Positions 30,817 to 41,439 of a DNA stretch of 64,000 nt are shown here, in pieces. Positions within the stretch are counted from its first letter, which is position 1; each line of letters opens with the position of its first letter. The notes beneath the pieces are model-generated. The model saw only the letters and a program-made list of their open reading frames with translations, searched no databases and was not told the DNA's origin. The position numbers and the translations under genes are program-made. Source of the DNA: Candidatus Eiseniibacteriota bacterium (lineage in GTDB: Bacteria > Eisenbacteria > RBG-16-71-46 > CAIMUX01 > VGJL01); assembly GCA_963792585.1 (NCBI GenBank), contig CAWBWI010000003.1, positions 1,120,001 to 1,184,000 of the forward strand, written 5' to 3'.

Positions 30817-31881
30817 ATGCACGCGAACCAGTATCAGCGAGCCACTCTCCTTCTGACGTTGGTCATGCTTGCCGGATGCGCGGCGAACATGAGCCCGCGA
30901 CCGAGGGAAACGAACGCAGAAGTTCTGTTGATTTCCTTCGGCGCCACGAACGGCGAGTTGAAGGACTGCGGATGCCATTCGAATCCTCGCGGCGGCCTGC
31001 CCCACCGGCAGAGCCTCGTCGACTCGCTCCGCCTGCGGAACAAGGACTTCCTCTTGGTGGATCTGGGCGACTTCATGAACAATGAAACGGTCGCGGGCGA
31101 CTTCAAGACCCGATTCATCTGGAAGCAGATGGAAGAGATGGGTTACTGCGCGTCGACGCCGGGCGCTCGCGAGATCGCCAACTGGTCCATCTACCAGGAT
31201 CTCCTGACGAAGAGCACGATCCGTCCGGTCGCGACGAACTTGATCCTCGTCGACGGCGGCACGGAGACGCCGGCGGGACCGCCCTATCTGATCGAGGAGA
31301 TCAACGGTGTTCGGGTCGGGTTCTTCTCGCTGATCGGGCCGGCGGTGCTCTCCTCCGTCACCGTTCCGGAAGGACTCCAGTTCCGCGCGGAGGATCCAAT
31401 CGCCGCGTCGACGCGGGCGATCGCGGAGCTTCGACGAAAGGCGGAAGTCGTCGTTCTGCTCTCCCAGATGCCCTCGAAGGAGACGGACGAGCTGATCGCG
31501 AGGGTGCCCGGCATCGACGTCGCGCTCTGCGGGCGACAGCCTGCCTGGGTGACGCGGGCGCGCACGTCCGGAGAGACGATCGTGCAGGAGACCGGAAGCC
31601 GTGGAATGTATCTGGGGGAGCTTGCCCTCGTCGTGAGTCCGGCGGGAAGGATCGTCGAGTGGGGGTCTCGCAATGACGGTCTGGGGACGACCTACGGGGA
31701 GAAGGCGGAGGTCGTCGCGCAGATCAAGCAGATCGAGGATCAGGCACGGGAAATGGTCACCGCGAGCCAGCAGGTGAAGGCGGGGCAGCCCGGGTCGGGC
31801 GCGGATGCCGCTGCGCCGGCGACTCCCGTGCCGGTGGTTCCCGCCGGATCGGGATCCGGAACGGTGCGACAGGAGCACTGA
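30817..31881 (+). CDS. Lipoprotein, UshA/5'-nucleotidase-like fold with CGC motif
   Basis: Lipobox LAGC; GELKDCGCHSNPRGGL, VDLGDF, PYLIEEINGVRVGFF, VVVLLSQ, GMYLGEL. Confidence 0.75.
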   Translation: MHANQYQRATLLLTLVMLAGCAANMSPRPRETNAEVLLISFGATNGELKDCGCHSNPRGGLPHRQSLVDSLRLRNKDFLLVDLGDFMNNETVAGDFKTRFIWKQMEEMGYCASTPGAREIANWSIYQDLLTKSTIRPVATNLILVDGGTETPAGPPYLIEEINGVRVGFFSLIGPAVLSSVTVPEGLQFRAEDPIAASTRAIAELRRKAEVVVLLSQMPSKETDELIARVPGIDVALCGRQPAWVTRARTSGETIVQETGSRGMYLGELALVVSPAGRIVEWGSRNDGLGTTYGEKAEVVAQIKQIEDQAREMVTASQQVKAGQPGSGADAAAPATPVPVVPAGSGSGTVRQEH

Positions 31882-31892
31882 TCCCGCCCGGG

Positions 31893-33971
31893 TCACCGGA
31901 CGATTGTGATCTTCGCCTCCGCGCGCGGCCCGGCGCCATCCACGACGCACAGGTAGGTCCCCACGGGCACGGAGCGACCCGCGTGATCCCGGCCGTCCCA
32001 CGTAGCGAATCCGCCCCGGCCGGCACCTTCTTCCGGGGGCGGAAGCACGCGGACGAGTCGCCCGGACGCATCGACGATCCGGATGCGGGCGCCGGGAGAA
32101 AGGGGGACGCCGATCCGGATCCCCACGCCCCGCGGAGCGGGATTGGGTCGGATCGAAATGGACCCGGTGCGCTCCTGCACGGGGTCCTGCGCGGAGGCGC
32201 TCCCAATTCCATTGGGTCCGTAAACAGGGATCTCGTTGCCGTATTCGTAGGCGCCCAGGTCGGGGGCGGCGCCGGTGAAGGAGTCGGTGATGTTCGGGAG
32301 GAACGCGCCGGCGTCCACTGCCGCCGACTCCGGCAAGAGGCGCAAGTCCTGGCTGCCCGGTTCGTACGCGGGTGGGTAACCGTCTTGTCCTAAGTGCGAA
32401 CCGAGGGGAGGCTCGGTCGCGCTCACGAAGATGCCCAGGTCCACGAGCCGCCCGTTCAGCTCCATGCCGGTGCCGGTCCGGAATGCGTCCAGCGTCGGAT
32501 AGAAGGTCGCGTTGAAGTTCGCGAATCTCCCCGGAAGGGCCTGATACCAGGCATTGAAGTCGAGGTCGGCACGAACGCCGGTCGTCACGAGAGCGATCGG
32601 ATCGCCGGTGGGGCCCGAGTGGCTTCCTCCGATCAAGACGTTGTTCCGAACGACAGCGCGTCGCCACTCGCCGTCACCCCATCCGCGCGGGTCCGCGCCG
32701 ACGAACGTGTTGTTGAATACGATCATCCCGGTCGGCCACTCATGAAACTTGAGGGCCTTCAGTTGCCAGTTGTAGACGACGTTGCGGATGAAGTAGGCCG
32801 GCCCGCCGAAGACCGGCTGGCAGCTGAGCCCGCACAGGCAGTTCGTGATCCTGTTGTCGAGAACGCGGATGTTGTGGCGGGAGCCGTCGGTTTCGATCCC
32901 ATCGTCCGTGCATCGGTGGATCTCGTTGCGATAGACGTCGCAACCCGAGGTCGTGACATTCAACTCGTCTCCGCCGACCTCGATCCCGTCCCACCAGCCG
33001 AAGATCTCGTTGTACCGCACGACGTGGCCGGTCCCGGAAACGATCACGCCGTACGCATCGTACAAACGCCCGTCCTCCCACCGGATGGGCCCCTGGATGG
33101 TGTTGCCCTCGATGACCGCGTCGCGCTGGTCGGGTCCCCGAAGCCAGATGCCGGCCATGTCGTCGGCCCCCGTCGGTTGCGACACGTCGATCCTGCAGCC
33201 CCGAACCACGATGCCGACGGTCATCGTGCAGCTGACGGCCATCTGGAAGGGCCGACGGACCGTCACATTCTCGAGATGGACGTAGCGGGAGGAATCGATG
33301 AGGACGACTCGCCCGACCAAGCCTTCCCCGTCGAGGATGACCGATTCTCGGTCCTCGCCACGCCATACGATCGGGTTCGTCTCGGTTCCGCTGGCGGAGA
33401 AGACCGTCCCGCCGGTGTAGACGCCGGCCCGCAGGAGAAAGAGATCGCCCGGCTCCGCCGCCGCGTCCGCCGGCGCAATCCCGCGATACGGGTCCTCCAG
33501 CGACCCGTCGCCGCCGCCTTGTCCCGGAATCACGTAGCGAATGCGCGGGGTGGGAGGATCCCGAGGCACCGCACGCGTGCGGATGATGCGTAGGTCCGTC
33601 GCGGCGCCGCCGTCGGGGTCGTGGAGCTGCATGCGCACTGCGTAGGGAGCGTCCTCACGGAGACCGAAGATGCTCCCTGCGAACAAGTTTCCCGGGTCGA
33701 TTCCGTAGCCGTTGTAGCTGCCGGGCTCCACGCGCAGGAGGTCCTGGGCCAGGCGCCAGGGATCGTTCGTGCCCGACTCCCGATAGGAAACCTCGACCGT
33801 GCCGTTCTGGTTGTCGTCCCCCTCGATGTACCACCGAACGCCGATCGCTTCGAACGAGGACTCGACCTCGATCGCGCCGGGCACGGTCGAAGTGTCTCGG
33901 ACGGCGCCGGCCGACGGGCCGACGGTCTGTGCGCAGATCAGTGCGATGAGCGCCGCGCAACCGATCCGCAT
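31893..33971 (-). CDS. Secreted right-handed beta-helix (pectin lyase-like) protein with FlgD-Ig/T9SS-like C-terminal domain
   Basis: Signal peptide; PGDLFLLRAGVY, DDGIETDG, APDLGAYE; C-terminal RPNP..IVDASGRLVR..WDGRDHAGRSVPVGTY. Confidence 0.8.
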   Translation of the reverse strand: MRIGCAALIALICAQTVGPSAGAVRDTSTVPGAIEVESSFEAIGVRWYIEGDDNQNGTVEVSYRESGTNDPWRLAQDLLRVEPGSYNGYGIDPGNLFAGSIFGLREDAPYAVRMQLHDPDGGAATDLRIIRTRAVPRDPPTPRIRYVIPGQGGGDGSLEDPYRGIAPADAAAEPGDLFLLRAGVYTGGTVFSASGTETNPIVWRGEDRESVILDGEGLVGRVVLIDSSRYVHLENVTVRRPFQMAVSCTMTVGIVVRGCRIDVSQPTGADDMAGIWLRGPDQRDAVIEGNTIQGPIRWEDGRLYDAYGVIVSGTGHVVRYNEIFGWWDGIEVGGDELNVTTSGCDVYRNEIHRCTDDGIETDGSRHNIRVLDNRITNCLCGLSCQPVFGGPAYFIRNVVYNWQLKALKFHEWPTGMIVFNNTFVGADPRGWGDGEWRRAVVRNNVLIGGSHSGPTGDPIALVTTGVRADLDFNAWYQALPGRFANFNATFYPTLDAFRTGTGMELNGRLVDLGIFVSATEPPLGSHLGQDGYPPAYEPGSQDLRLLPESAAVDAGAFLPNITDSFTGAAPDLGAYEYGNEIPVYGPNGIGSASAQDPVQERTGSISIRPNPAPRGVGIRIGVPLSPGARIRIVDASGRLVRVLPPPEEGAGRGGFATWDGRDHAGRSVPVGTYLCVVDGAGPRAEAKITIVR

Positions 33972-33980
33972 TTCATACCA

Positions 33981-36559
33981 TCATGGCGCGACGATGACGG
34001 AGGCATGGCCGAGGATGCGACCCCCCTCGCGGATCCGTACGAAGTAGCGCCCCGGCGCCGCGTTGCGAACGTCCCATCGCGCCTCGTCGACCCCGTGGAC
34101 GGAGGTCGTGAAGATGCGCCTCCCCGCGACGCTGAAGACCTCCACCATGACGGGCGCGTCGGTAGCGCGGCGGTCCCAGCGGATCGTCACGAGGTCGCGC
34201 GCCGGATTGGGAGAGAGGCGCAGCTCGACTCCCGCCGGCTGCATCTGATCCGCGACGTCGCTGACCTGATCGACCTGGTACGAGAAGAACGACCGGCCGT
34301 AGGTCGCGGCGGTCAGCTTTCGCGCGACCGCGTCAAAGACGAGCTGATTGATCACGACGTTGGGCAGGTTCGAGCCGAGCATCGTCCAATGCATGCCGGC
34401 GTTGTAGGTCTCGAATACCCCGACGTCGGTTGCGACGAAGAGGCGGTCCGCATTCGTCGGATCGATCAGGATGTCGTTGGCCGGCGCCTCGGGGAGATTC
34501 GACGCGATCGGCGTCCAGGTGGCCCCCAGGTCGGTCGTCTTGTAGACGTGGGGGAGCGGGCTGCCCCAGCGGAAGCCGGACAGGGTGACGAAGGCGGTCT
34601 CGCGCGTCTGCGGGCTGCAGCGGACCGACGTCATCCACCGATCCGGCAGGGCGGCCGACACATCGGTCCAGTTCGTCCCGCCGTTGGTCGTGACGTTCAC
34701 GTGGCCGTCATCGCTGCCCGCCCAGATCACCAGAGCATCCTGCGGTGAAGAGTCGATCGTCGTGATCGTCCCGTAGACATTCCCCTGGCTGCCGCCGCCC
34801 GCGCCGCCCGTGAGATCCGGGCTGATCGCCGTCCAGCTCGTGCCGTTCGTGCTCCGGTATACCTTCTGCGTCCCGCAGTACATGGTGTTCGGGTTGACGG
34901 CGTTGAATCGAATGGCGGTGTTCCAGTTCCTGCGATCCCCCGAGCTGATGCCCGAGGTCGCGTCATTGAACCAGCCTCCCCCGTTCGAGGAGTAGCCGAG
35001 CCCGCAGTACTGATAGAGGGCCCAGATCCGGTTCGGGTCGGTCGGATGGACGAGCGGCTGGAAGCCGTCGCCGCCGTATATGTTGACGTAGTCGTTGAGC
35101 GAGCCGGTAAGGGTGCGGACCGTTCCGTTGTCCTGCGCGCCGCCGTAGAGCGCGTTCGGCCTGCTGGCGTCGAGGCAGACGCGGTAGAACTGCGTGATCG
35201 GCTGATCGGGGAGCATCGTCCAGGCCGAGCCTCCGTTGGTCGACCGGTAGAGCCCGCCGTCGTTGCCCTCGTAGATCACGGGGCTGGCGCCCGGACCGAA
35301 CTCCAGCGCGTGGTGATCGACATGCATCCCACCGCTGACCTCGCTCCACGCGCTGCCGCCGTTCGTCGAGCGGTAGAATTCGAGGCCGAGGACCCATACG
35401 CGGTTCGGGTCCGTGGGGTGCGCCCGGCAGTTTCCGAACCACCACCCGTAGGAGCTGAAGACGTCGGCGAGCGCCCCGTCGCTCGTGCGCGTCCAACTCG
35501 TTCCACCGTTCGTCGTGCGGTACATGCCGGCGAAGTAGCCGGTCCTGTCCGCGTAGACGGCGTACATGTTGTCGGGCGCGGCCGCGCACAGGCTGATCCC
35601 GATGCGGCCGCCGTTCGACGAAGGCGCGGGCAGTCCACCGCCCACGAGGGCCCAGGTCGAGCCGCCGTCGGTCGATTTGTAGACCCCGCAGGTCGCCCCG
35701 CCGTACCGGTAATATCGCGGTCTGCGGATCCGCTCCCACATGGCGGCGAAGACCGTCTGAGGCTGGTCGGGCCGGATCAACAGGTCCACCGCGCCGGTCG
35801 AATCGCTCAGAAAGAGGACTCTCTCCCAATTGGCGCCGCCGTCGGTTGTTCGATAGACCCCGCGCTCCGTGCCCGCCGTCCAGAGATCGCCCATGGCCGC
35901 GACGAAGATCCGTTGCGAGTTGGTCGGATCGACGCGGATCCGGCCGATCGAGCCCGTGCCGTCGAGACCCACCGGCGTCCATGTCGCGCCGCGATCGGTC
36001 GATCTGTAAACGCCGGTGCCACCGTAGGCGACACTGCCGCCCCCCGGGTTCACCTCGCCCGTTCCAACGTAGACCGTCTGGGGATGGGCCGGATCGAGGG
36101 CGACCGCGCCGATCGACAGGGTCGACTGATCATCGAAGAGAGGGGTCCAGTGCTGCCCGGAGTCGGTCGTCCGCAGGACGCCGCCCTCCGCCGCTCCCGC
36201 GAAACAGATCGCGGGGTCGATCGGGTCGACCGCCAGATCGGTGATCCTGCCGCCGATGTTCGTCGGTCCGCGGAATTCCCAGAACGAGGTGCGCGTGTTC
36301 GCGGCCTTCCTCATTTCACTTGCCTGGGCCTGCGCGGCCTTCCACGCCTCCCGTGGGATCTGCCCGAGCGGATAGGCGCGCTCGAGAAAGAACCACGGGT
36401 TGGGGGCCCGCACTGCCCCCCCTCGTCCCCGCCGCGCGTCTCCGCGACGACCCGGTGCACGGGGCGCAACGACGGCCTGGGCGCCGGCGTGGTCAGCATG
36501 ACGATGGCCCCGACGATCAGTACGGAGAGAACCGCTGTGGCTGCGAGGGAACGCTTCAT
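33981..36559 (-). CDS. Secreted BNR/Asp-box (VPS10-like) beta-propeller protein with T9SS-like C-terminal domain; frameshift in a G7 run near 36416-36422
   Basis: Signal-bearing ORF from ATG 36559 shifts into GPTNIGGRITD; many S/TxDGGxxW repeats; ATYGRS; C-terminal SPNP..VFSVAGR..PGRYFV. Confidence 0.85.
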
Positions 36560-36793
36560 GGAGTCCTCCAGGATCGAGCATCGCCCCGCGGGGTCGGCCA
36601 GATAGACGCCTCTGGGGGGTCACGCACGGCCACTTCAATTCTACGTTGATTCGGACGAGACTCCAAGGATCGTCCCGACTGCGTGCAGTTGCCGGCTGGG
36701 CGATTGCCGCGATGGTCCCGGTTGCGGAGGATCTCCTCGCGGCGCGCCGGACACCCTCGACGCGTCGGCGCGAATGCGTCATTCTGACCGCGC

Positions 36794-38836
36794 ATGAACC
36801 GCGCGCACCACCTGGCCGATGTCGCCGTTCCCGTCGGGGTCCGGACGACGTTCACCTACCTGATTCCCGAGGAACTCCGGGAGACGATTCGCGTCGGGCA
36901 CCGTGTTCCGATCCCGCTGGGCCGCCGCAAGACCCACGGATATGTGGTGCGGATTCACGGGGGACAGGCGCCGGAGAGGCTGCGCGCGCTGGAGGCGCCC
37001 GACCCTCCCGAACCGGTCTTCGATGCGCAGCTCCTCGAACTCACCCAATGGGTGGCCGACTACTACCTGGCCCCATTCGGAGAGGTCCTCGAGGCCGCGG
37101 CGCCCCGCGGCCGAACGGCCTCGACCCGCAAGCCACGCGCGGTGAAACAGAAGGAGGAGACCGCGGCCTCGCTCCAGGAGGAGTCGCTCCCCGAGCCGGC
37201 GCCGTCTCTCGGGGAGGAGCAGCAGGCGGTGTTCCTTGCCCTGCGCGAAGCGCTCCGGCGGCACCGATTCGAGGTCCACCTCTTGCAGGGCGTGCCGGGC
37301 TCGGGCAAGACCGAGATATACCTCGCCCTCGCGGAAGAGGCGATCCGACAGGGGGGCTCGGTCCTCCTGCTCGAGCCCGAGATCGGGCTTGCCACGCAGA
37401 TCCTCGCGCGCGTACGCCGTCGATTCGGCGACCTCGTCGGTTTGTACCATTCCATGACGGGAGACCGTCTACGGCGGCAGACCTGGGAAAGGGCGCGGGC
37501 CGGGGAGTTGCGCATCGTCGTCGGCGCGCGATCGGCGGTTTTCATTCCGCTTCCCGACCTCCGTCTGGTGATCGTCGACGAGGAACAGGAACCGTCCTAC
37601 AAGCAGGAAGAGTCGCCCCGCTACCACGGCCGCGATACCGCGATCATGCGGGCGCGTGGGGGAGACGCTCTCGTTGTCCTCGGCTCAGCAACGCCGTCGC
37701 TCGAGGCGATCCAGAACGTGCGCACCGGCAAGTTCCTGGGCCACCGCCTTACGCAGCGCCACACCGGCCGCCCGGGGGCGATCGTGCACATCGTCGACCT
37801 CAAGGTCGATCCCGGGATGCCGAAGGGCTCGCGCGCGATCCCGCTGTTCTCCGGCCTCCTCGTACAGAAGATCCACGAGCGGCTCGTCGCCCGGGAACAG
37901 ACGATCCTCTTCCTGAACCGCCGCGGCCACTCGCCGGCGGTCCAGTGTTCCGACTGCGGCGAGATGTTCCGCTGCCGCAGTTGCGACGTCGTCCTCACGT
38001 ACCACCGGACGACCGACGACATGCGATGCCATCACTGCGGGCTCGTCAATCCGCGTCCGGTCGCCTGCGCGGCCTGCAGCGGGGACCACCTCTACTTCGG
38101 GGGGATGGGCACGCAGAAGCTCGAGGAGCGTCTCGCCGATCTCTTCCCGCACGCGCGTCTCCTGCGCCTCGACGCCGACTCGACCCGCAGGCGCGGCAGC
38201 CACGCGACGCACGTGCAGGCGGTCGAGGCAAGGGAGGTCGACATCCTCCTCGGCACGCAGATGGTCGCCAAGGGATTCGACTTTCCCGGCGTGACGTTGG
38301 TGGGAGTCCTTCTCGCCGATCGGGAAATGGGACTCCCGGAGCTTCGGGCATCGGAACGGGCGTTTCAGGTCTTGACGCAGGTCGGGGGGCGCGCCGGGCG
38401 TGGGGAGCGGAGCGGCGAAGTGGTCCTGCAGACCCTGCTGCCGGGCCACCCGGTGATCCGCTGCGCTGCCGACGGGGACGTGGAATCCTTCGCCGCCGAT
38501 GAATTGCGACATCGCGAGGATCTCGCCTATCCCCCCTTCACGCGGATGGTCCACCTCTTGTTCGATGGGAAGGTCGAAGAAACCGTTCGTCGTCGCGCCG
38601 AATCGACTGCGGCGGACCTGGCGGGCCCCGCGCGCCGGGCGGGCGTGGATCTCCTCGGTCCGGCTCCGATGTTCCTCACGCGGCTCAAGGGGCGATACCG
38701 CTGGCACCTGACCCTGAAGGGCCGCAGCATCGACGCGCTGCACCGACTCGCGCGAAGGGCGATGGTGGCGACGGCGCCGGCGGGCACGCGTGGAATCCAC
38801 CTTCACGTCGACGTCGACCCGATCCGCACGCTCTAG
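36794..38836 (+). CDS. priA: Primosomal protein N'
   Basis: GVPGSGKTEIY, PEIGL, VDEEQ, GSATPSLE, four CxxC zinc motifs, GTQMVAKGFDFP. Confidence 0.96.
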   Translation: MNRAHHLADVAVPVGVRTTFTYLIPEELRETIRVGHRVPIPLGRRKTHGYVVRIHGGQAPERLRALEAPDPPEPVFDAQLLELTQWVADYYLAPFGEVLEAAAPRGRTASTRKPRAVKQKEETAASLQEESLPEPAPSLGEEQQAVFLALREALRRHRFEVHLLQGVPGSGKTEIYLALAEEAIRQGGSVLLLEPEIGLATQILARVRRRFGDLVGLYHSMTGDRLRRQTWERARAGELRIVVGARSAVFIPLPDLRLVIVDEEQEPSYKQEESPRYHGRDTAIMRARGGDALVVLGSATPSLEAIQNVRTGKFLGHRLTQRHTGRPGAIVHIVDLKVDPGMPKGSRAIPLFSGLLVQKIHERLVAREQTILFLNRRGHSPAVQCSDCGEMFRCRSCDVVLTYHRTTDDMRCHHCGLVNPRPVACAACSGDHLYFGGMGTQKLEERLADLFPHARLLRLDADSTRRRGSHATHVQAVEAREVDILLGTQMVAKGFDFPGVTLVGVLLADREMGLPELRASERAFQVLTQVGGRAGRGERSGEVVLQTLLPGHPVIRCAADGDVESFAADELRHREDLAYPPFTRMVHLLFDGKVEETVRRRAESTAADLAGPARRAGVDLLGPAPMFLTRLKGRYRWHLTLKGRSIDALHRLARRAMVATAPAGTRGIHLHVDVDPIRTL

Positions 38837-38939
38837 CCGGAGCGGGAACGCGCGCATTCACCATATGAGCGGGCTCCTAGGGGACTGAGGGAGAGATTGG
38901 CACGGTCCGAGACGCCGGTCGGGCGCCGCCCCTCCCGCC

Positions 38940-38968
38940 TTGACACCCCGGAATCGGAATCCTAGGCT
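38940..38968 (+). promoter_or_regulatory. sigma70-type promoter
   Basis: TTGACA-17 nt-TAGGCT. Confidence 0.65.
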
Positions 38969-39024
38969 CTGAAACGTCCGGAGCGCGCAAATCGTCGTTT
39001 GGGTTATGGATGGGGGTGTCGGGT

Positions 39025-40284
39025 ATGCGACGCGTAATTCCCTGGATACTGGTTTCGTGTTTCTTCCTCGCGATCTTTGCCACGAGTTGCAAGAACCCGC
39101 AACTCAGCGGAGGCATCCTTCACTTCGACCAGAAGCGGTACGAGCGCGCCCGTCAGACGCTCCTGACCGCCGTCAAACAGGAGCCGCTGAACGCCGAGGC
39201 CTACCTGTGGCTCGGCAAGGCCTATGCCGAGCTGGATAGCACCCAGAAGGCCCGAGCGGCGTTCGAGAAGGCCGTCAGCCTGGAGAGCCCGAGCTTCCCC
39301 ACCGTGAAGACCGACGTGGCAAACGCGCTCGAGCACTACTGGAGCCTGCGGCACAACGAGGGGCTGAACTTCGCCAAGACGGCGAACGACGCCAAGATCA
39401 ACGACAAGCCCACAGAGGCCGCGCAGAACTTCCGCCTGGCCCTGAATCAGTTCAAGAGGGCCCGCGTGTACGAGCCGAAGAAAGAGGAGACGCCGCGCAA
39501 CATGGGCGTCTGCTACATCATGCTCGGCGAGGTCGACTCCGGCCTCGTGGCGCTCAAGGAATCCAAAGACCTATCTCCTCCGGGGGACTCGAAGGCCGAG
39601 GCGCTGCTCTTCGACAAGTACCGTCAACTGGGAGACTCCGCCGCCGAGCGAGGCGACGCGGGACTGAACGACGCGGTGCGCTTCTATTCCGAGGCCGAGA
39701 AGCTTCGCCCTGAGGATCCCGACCTCCTCTTCTCGCTCGGAGTCGTCTACTACCAGATCGCCCTCGGCGATTCGGCGGGCCAGACCGAAAAACTCGGGAA
39801 GGCGGTCGACTACTTCGACCGGACCCTGAAGGTCAAGCCGGACGACCAGGAGGCCCTGTTCAACGCGGCCTCCCTCGACCTCGAACTCAAGAAGTGCGAT
39901 GTGGGCATCGAGAAGGCCAAGATGCTTCTCGACCTCGATCCCCACAAGGGCCGCAACTACGATCTCGTCGGCCGCCTGTCCGATTGCCTGGGCAACAAAG
40001 GCGAGCGGATCATGGGGATTCTCTTCAAGCGGGCTCTCGACACGGGAGACGTGGTTGCGCTCGAAGACTTCCGCACCCACCTCGAGAAGTGGGGACCCGG
40101 CTCGGACGGGATGCGCCGCTACCGTGAGGAGGGCAAGCCCGAGGAGGTGCGGTCGTTCAAGGACACGTCGGGCCGCGAATATGAGTGCTGGTTCTTCTAT
40201 ACGCGCGGCAAGGCCTACATCTTCTCCGACGGCGCGTTCAAGTACGAGACATCCTTCAAGGCCGAGAAGCCGAAAGAGGAATAG
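39025..40284 (+). CDS. Tetratricopeptide-repeat lipoprotein
   Basis: Lipobox-like ATSC; EPLNAEAYLWLGKAY, PEDPDLLFSLGVVY, PDDQEALFNAA. Confidence 0.8.
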   Translation: MRRVIPWILVSCFFLAIFATSCKNPQLSGGILHFDQKRYERARQTLLTAVKQEPLNAEAYLWLGKAYAELDSTQKARAAFEKAVSLESPSFPTVKTDVANALEHYWSLRHNEGLNFAKTANDAKINDKPTEAAQNFRLALNQFKRARVYEPKKEETPRNMGVCYIMLGEVDSGLVALKESKDLSPPGDSKAEALLFDKYRQLGDSAAERGDAGLNDAVRFYSEAEKLRPEDPDLLFSLGVVYYQIALGDSAGQTEKLGKAVDYFDRTLKVKPDDQEALFNAASLDLELKKCDVGIEKAKMLLDLDPHKGRNYDLVGRLSDCLGNKGERIMGILFKRALDTGDVVALEDFRTHLEKWGPGSDGMRRYREEGKPEEVRSFKDTSGREYECWFFYTRGKAYIFSDGAFKYETSFKAEKPKEE

Positions 40285-40363
40285 CCCCGCGTACTGCACG
40301 GACAGAGACGGGTGCGGCCCCGGGGATGAGCCCTCGGACGCACCCGTTTCCATAGGTGCCCCC

Positions 40364-41377
40364 ATGCGTCAGGAAGCCAACGCCCGGATGGATGCGATCG
40401 CGCCGCTTCGCGGCCTCGTGATCGGGATCCTCGGCTACGGGAATCAGGGGCGCGCCCATGCGCAGAATCTCCGCGATGCAGGCTTCGAGGTTCGCGTTGG
40501 GGCCCGTCCGATGGGCGCCTCGGCACGCAGCGCGATCCGTGACGGATTCGTTTGCGACGCCCCGTCCGACCTTGGATCCAGTTGTGATCTCGTGTGCCTT
40601 CTCACCCCCGATCCGACCCACGGCGAGATTCTTGCTTCCCTGCTCGTAGGCACTCGTGTTCGTACGATCGTCGTCGCGCACGGATACTCCCTCCGGTTCG
40701 ACGCCCCTCCTCTCTCGGACATGTGGGACGTTCTCCTCGTCGCCCCTTCGGGACCGGGAACGGCGTTGCGAAAGGATGGTCGGCCCGGGGACATCCCGGC
40801 GATCATCGCCGTGCACCAGGAGCGGAGCGGGCAAGCGTGGGACCGGGCGCGCGCCTACGCGGTCGCCTGCGGCTGTTCCCCGCGCTCGCTGCTGCGGTCG
40901 ACGGTGGCCGAGGAGGCCGAAGTCGACCTGTTCGGCGAGCAAGCCGTACTTTGCGGCGGCCTCGCGGCACTCGTGGTCGCGGCATGGGAAACACTCGTCG
41001 CGCGCGGCTACGACCCGGCGATCGCATACATGGAGTGCGTCCATCAGGTCGGGTTGACGTCGGAGATGATCACTCGCTTCGGGGTCGCCGGTATGCGGGA
41101 GAAGATCAGTTCGGTCGCCCTCTTCGGCGATTTGACCCGAGGGTCGCGATTGATCGACGCTCATGTCCGCGTGACGTTGGCCGATATTCTGGATGAGATT
41201 CGATCCGGCCGCTTCGCGGACGAGTTCTCCCGCGAGGTCGCCGAGGGCTATCCTCGGAGCAAGGAGCGGCTCGACGCGAGCCGACGCCATCCCGTCGAGG
41301 AAGCCGGCGCCCATGTGCGGGGACTCGACGCGAAGCACCCCGGCGACGACCGGACGGCGACGGCCGCCGGAAGTTGA
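40364..41377 (+). CDS. ilvC: Ketol-acid reductoisomerase (class I), divergent
   Basis: GYGNQGRAHAQNLRD, AHG, DLFGEQAVLCGG, AYMEC. Confidence 0.9.
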   Translation: MRQEANARMDAIAPLRGLVIGILGYGNQGRAHAQNLRDAGFEVRVGARPMGASARSAIRDGFVCDAPSDLGSSCDLVCLLTPDPTHGEILASLLVGTRVRTIVVAHGYSLRFDAPPLSDMWDVLLVAPSGPGTALRKDGRPGDIPAIIAVHQERSGQAWDRARAYAVACGCSPRSLLRSTVAEEAEVDLFGEQAVLCGGLAALVVAAWETLVARGYDPAIAYMECVHQVGLTSEMITRFGVAGMREKISSVALFGDLTRGSRLIDAHVRVTLADILDEIRSGRFADEFSREVAEGYPRSKERLDASRRHPVEEAGAHVRGLDAKHPGDDRTATAAGS

Positions 41378-41410
41378 TTCGTGGGGAACCATGGGTCAGG
41401 CCGTTTTCCG

Positions 41411-41439
41411 TTGACAGGTGGGGAGGCGCCCCGTAGTCT
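41411..41439 (+). promoter_or_regulatory. sigma70-type promoter for rho
   Basis: TTGACA-17 nt-TAGTCT. Confidence 0.65.

Noticed and set aside
29950..32667. 905-aa minus-strand ORF and many other long antisense or alternative-frame ORFs (e.g. 10478..12589, 16873..18951, 25179..27152, 36646..38502)
   Set aside because: Arg/Pro/Gly-rich shadow ORFs expected in high-GC DNA; each overlaps a gene with clear family motifs.
33969..33983. TGA stop of the BNR protein is in frame with the next ATG three codons later (possible Sec readthrough fusion)
   Set aside because: The upstream protein ends in a complete C-terminal domain, the next gene has its own signal peptide, and there is no Cys-equivalent context.
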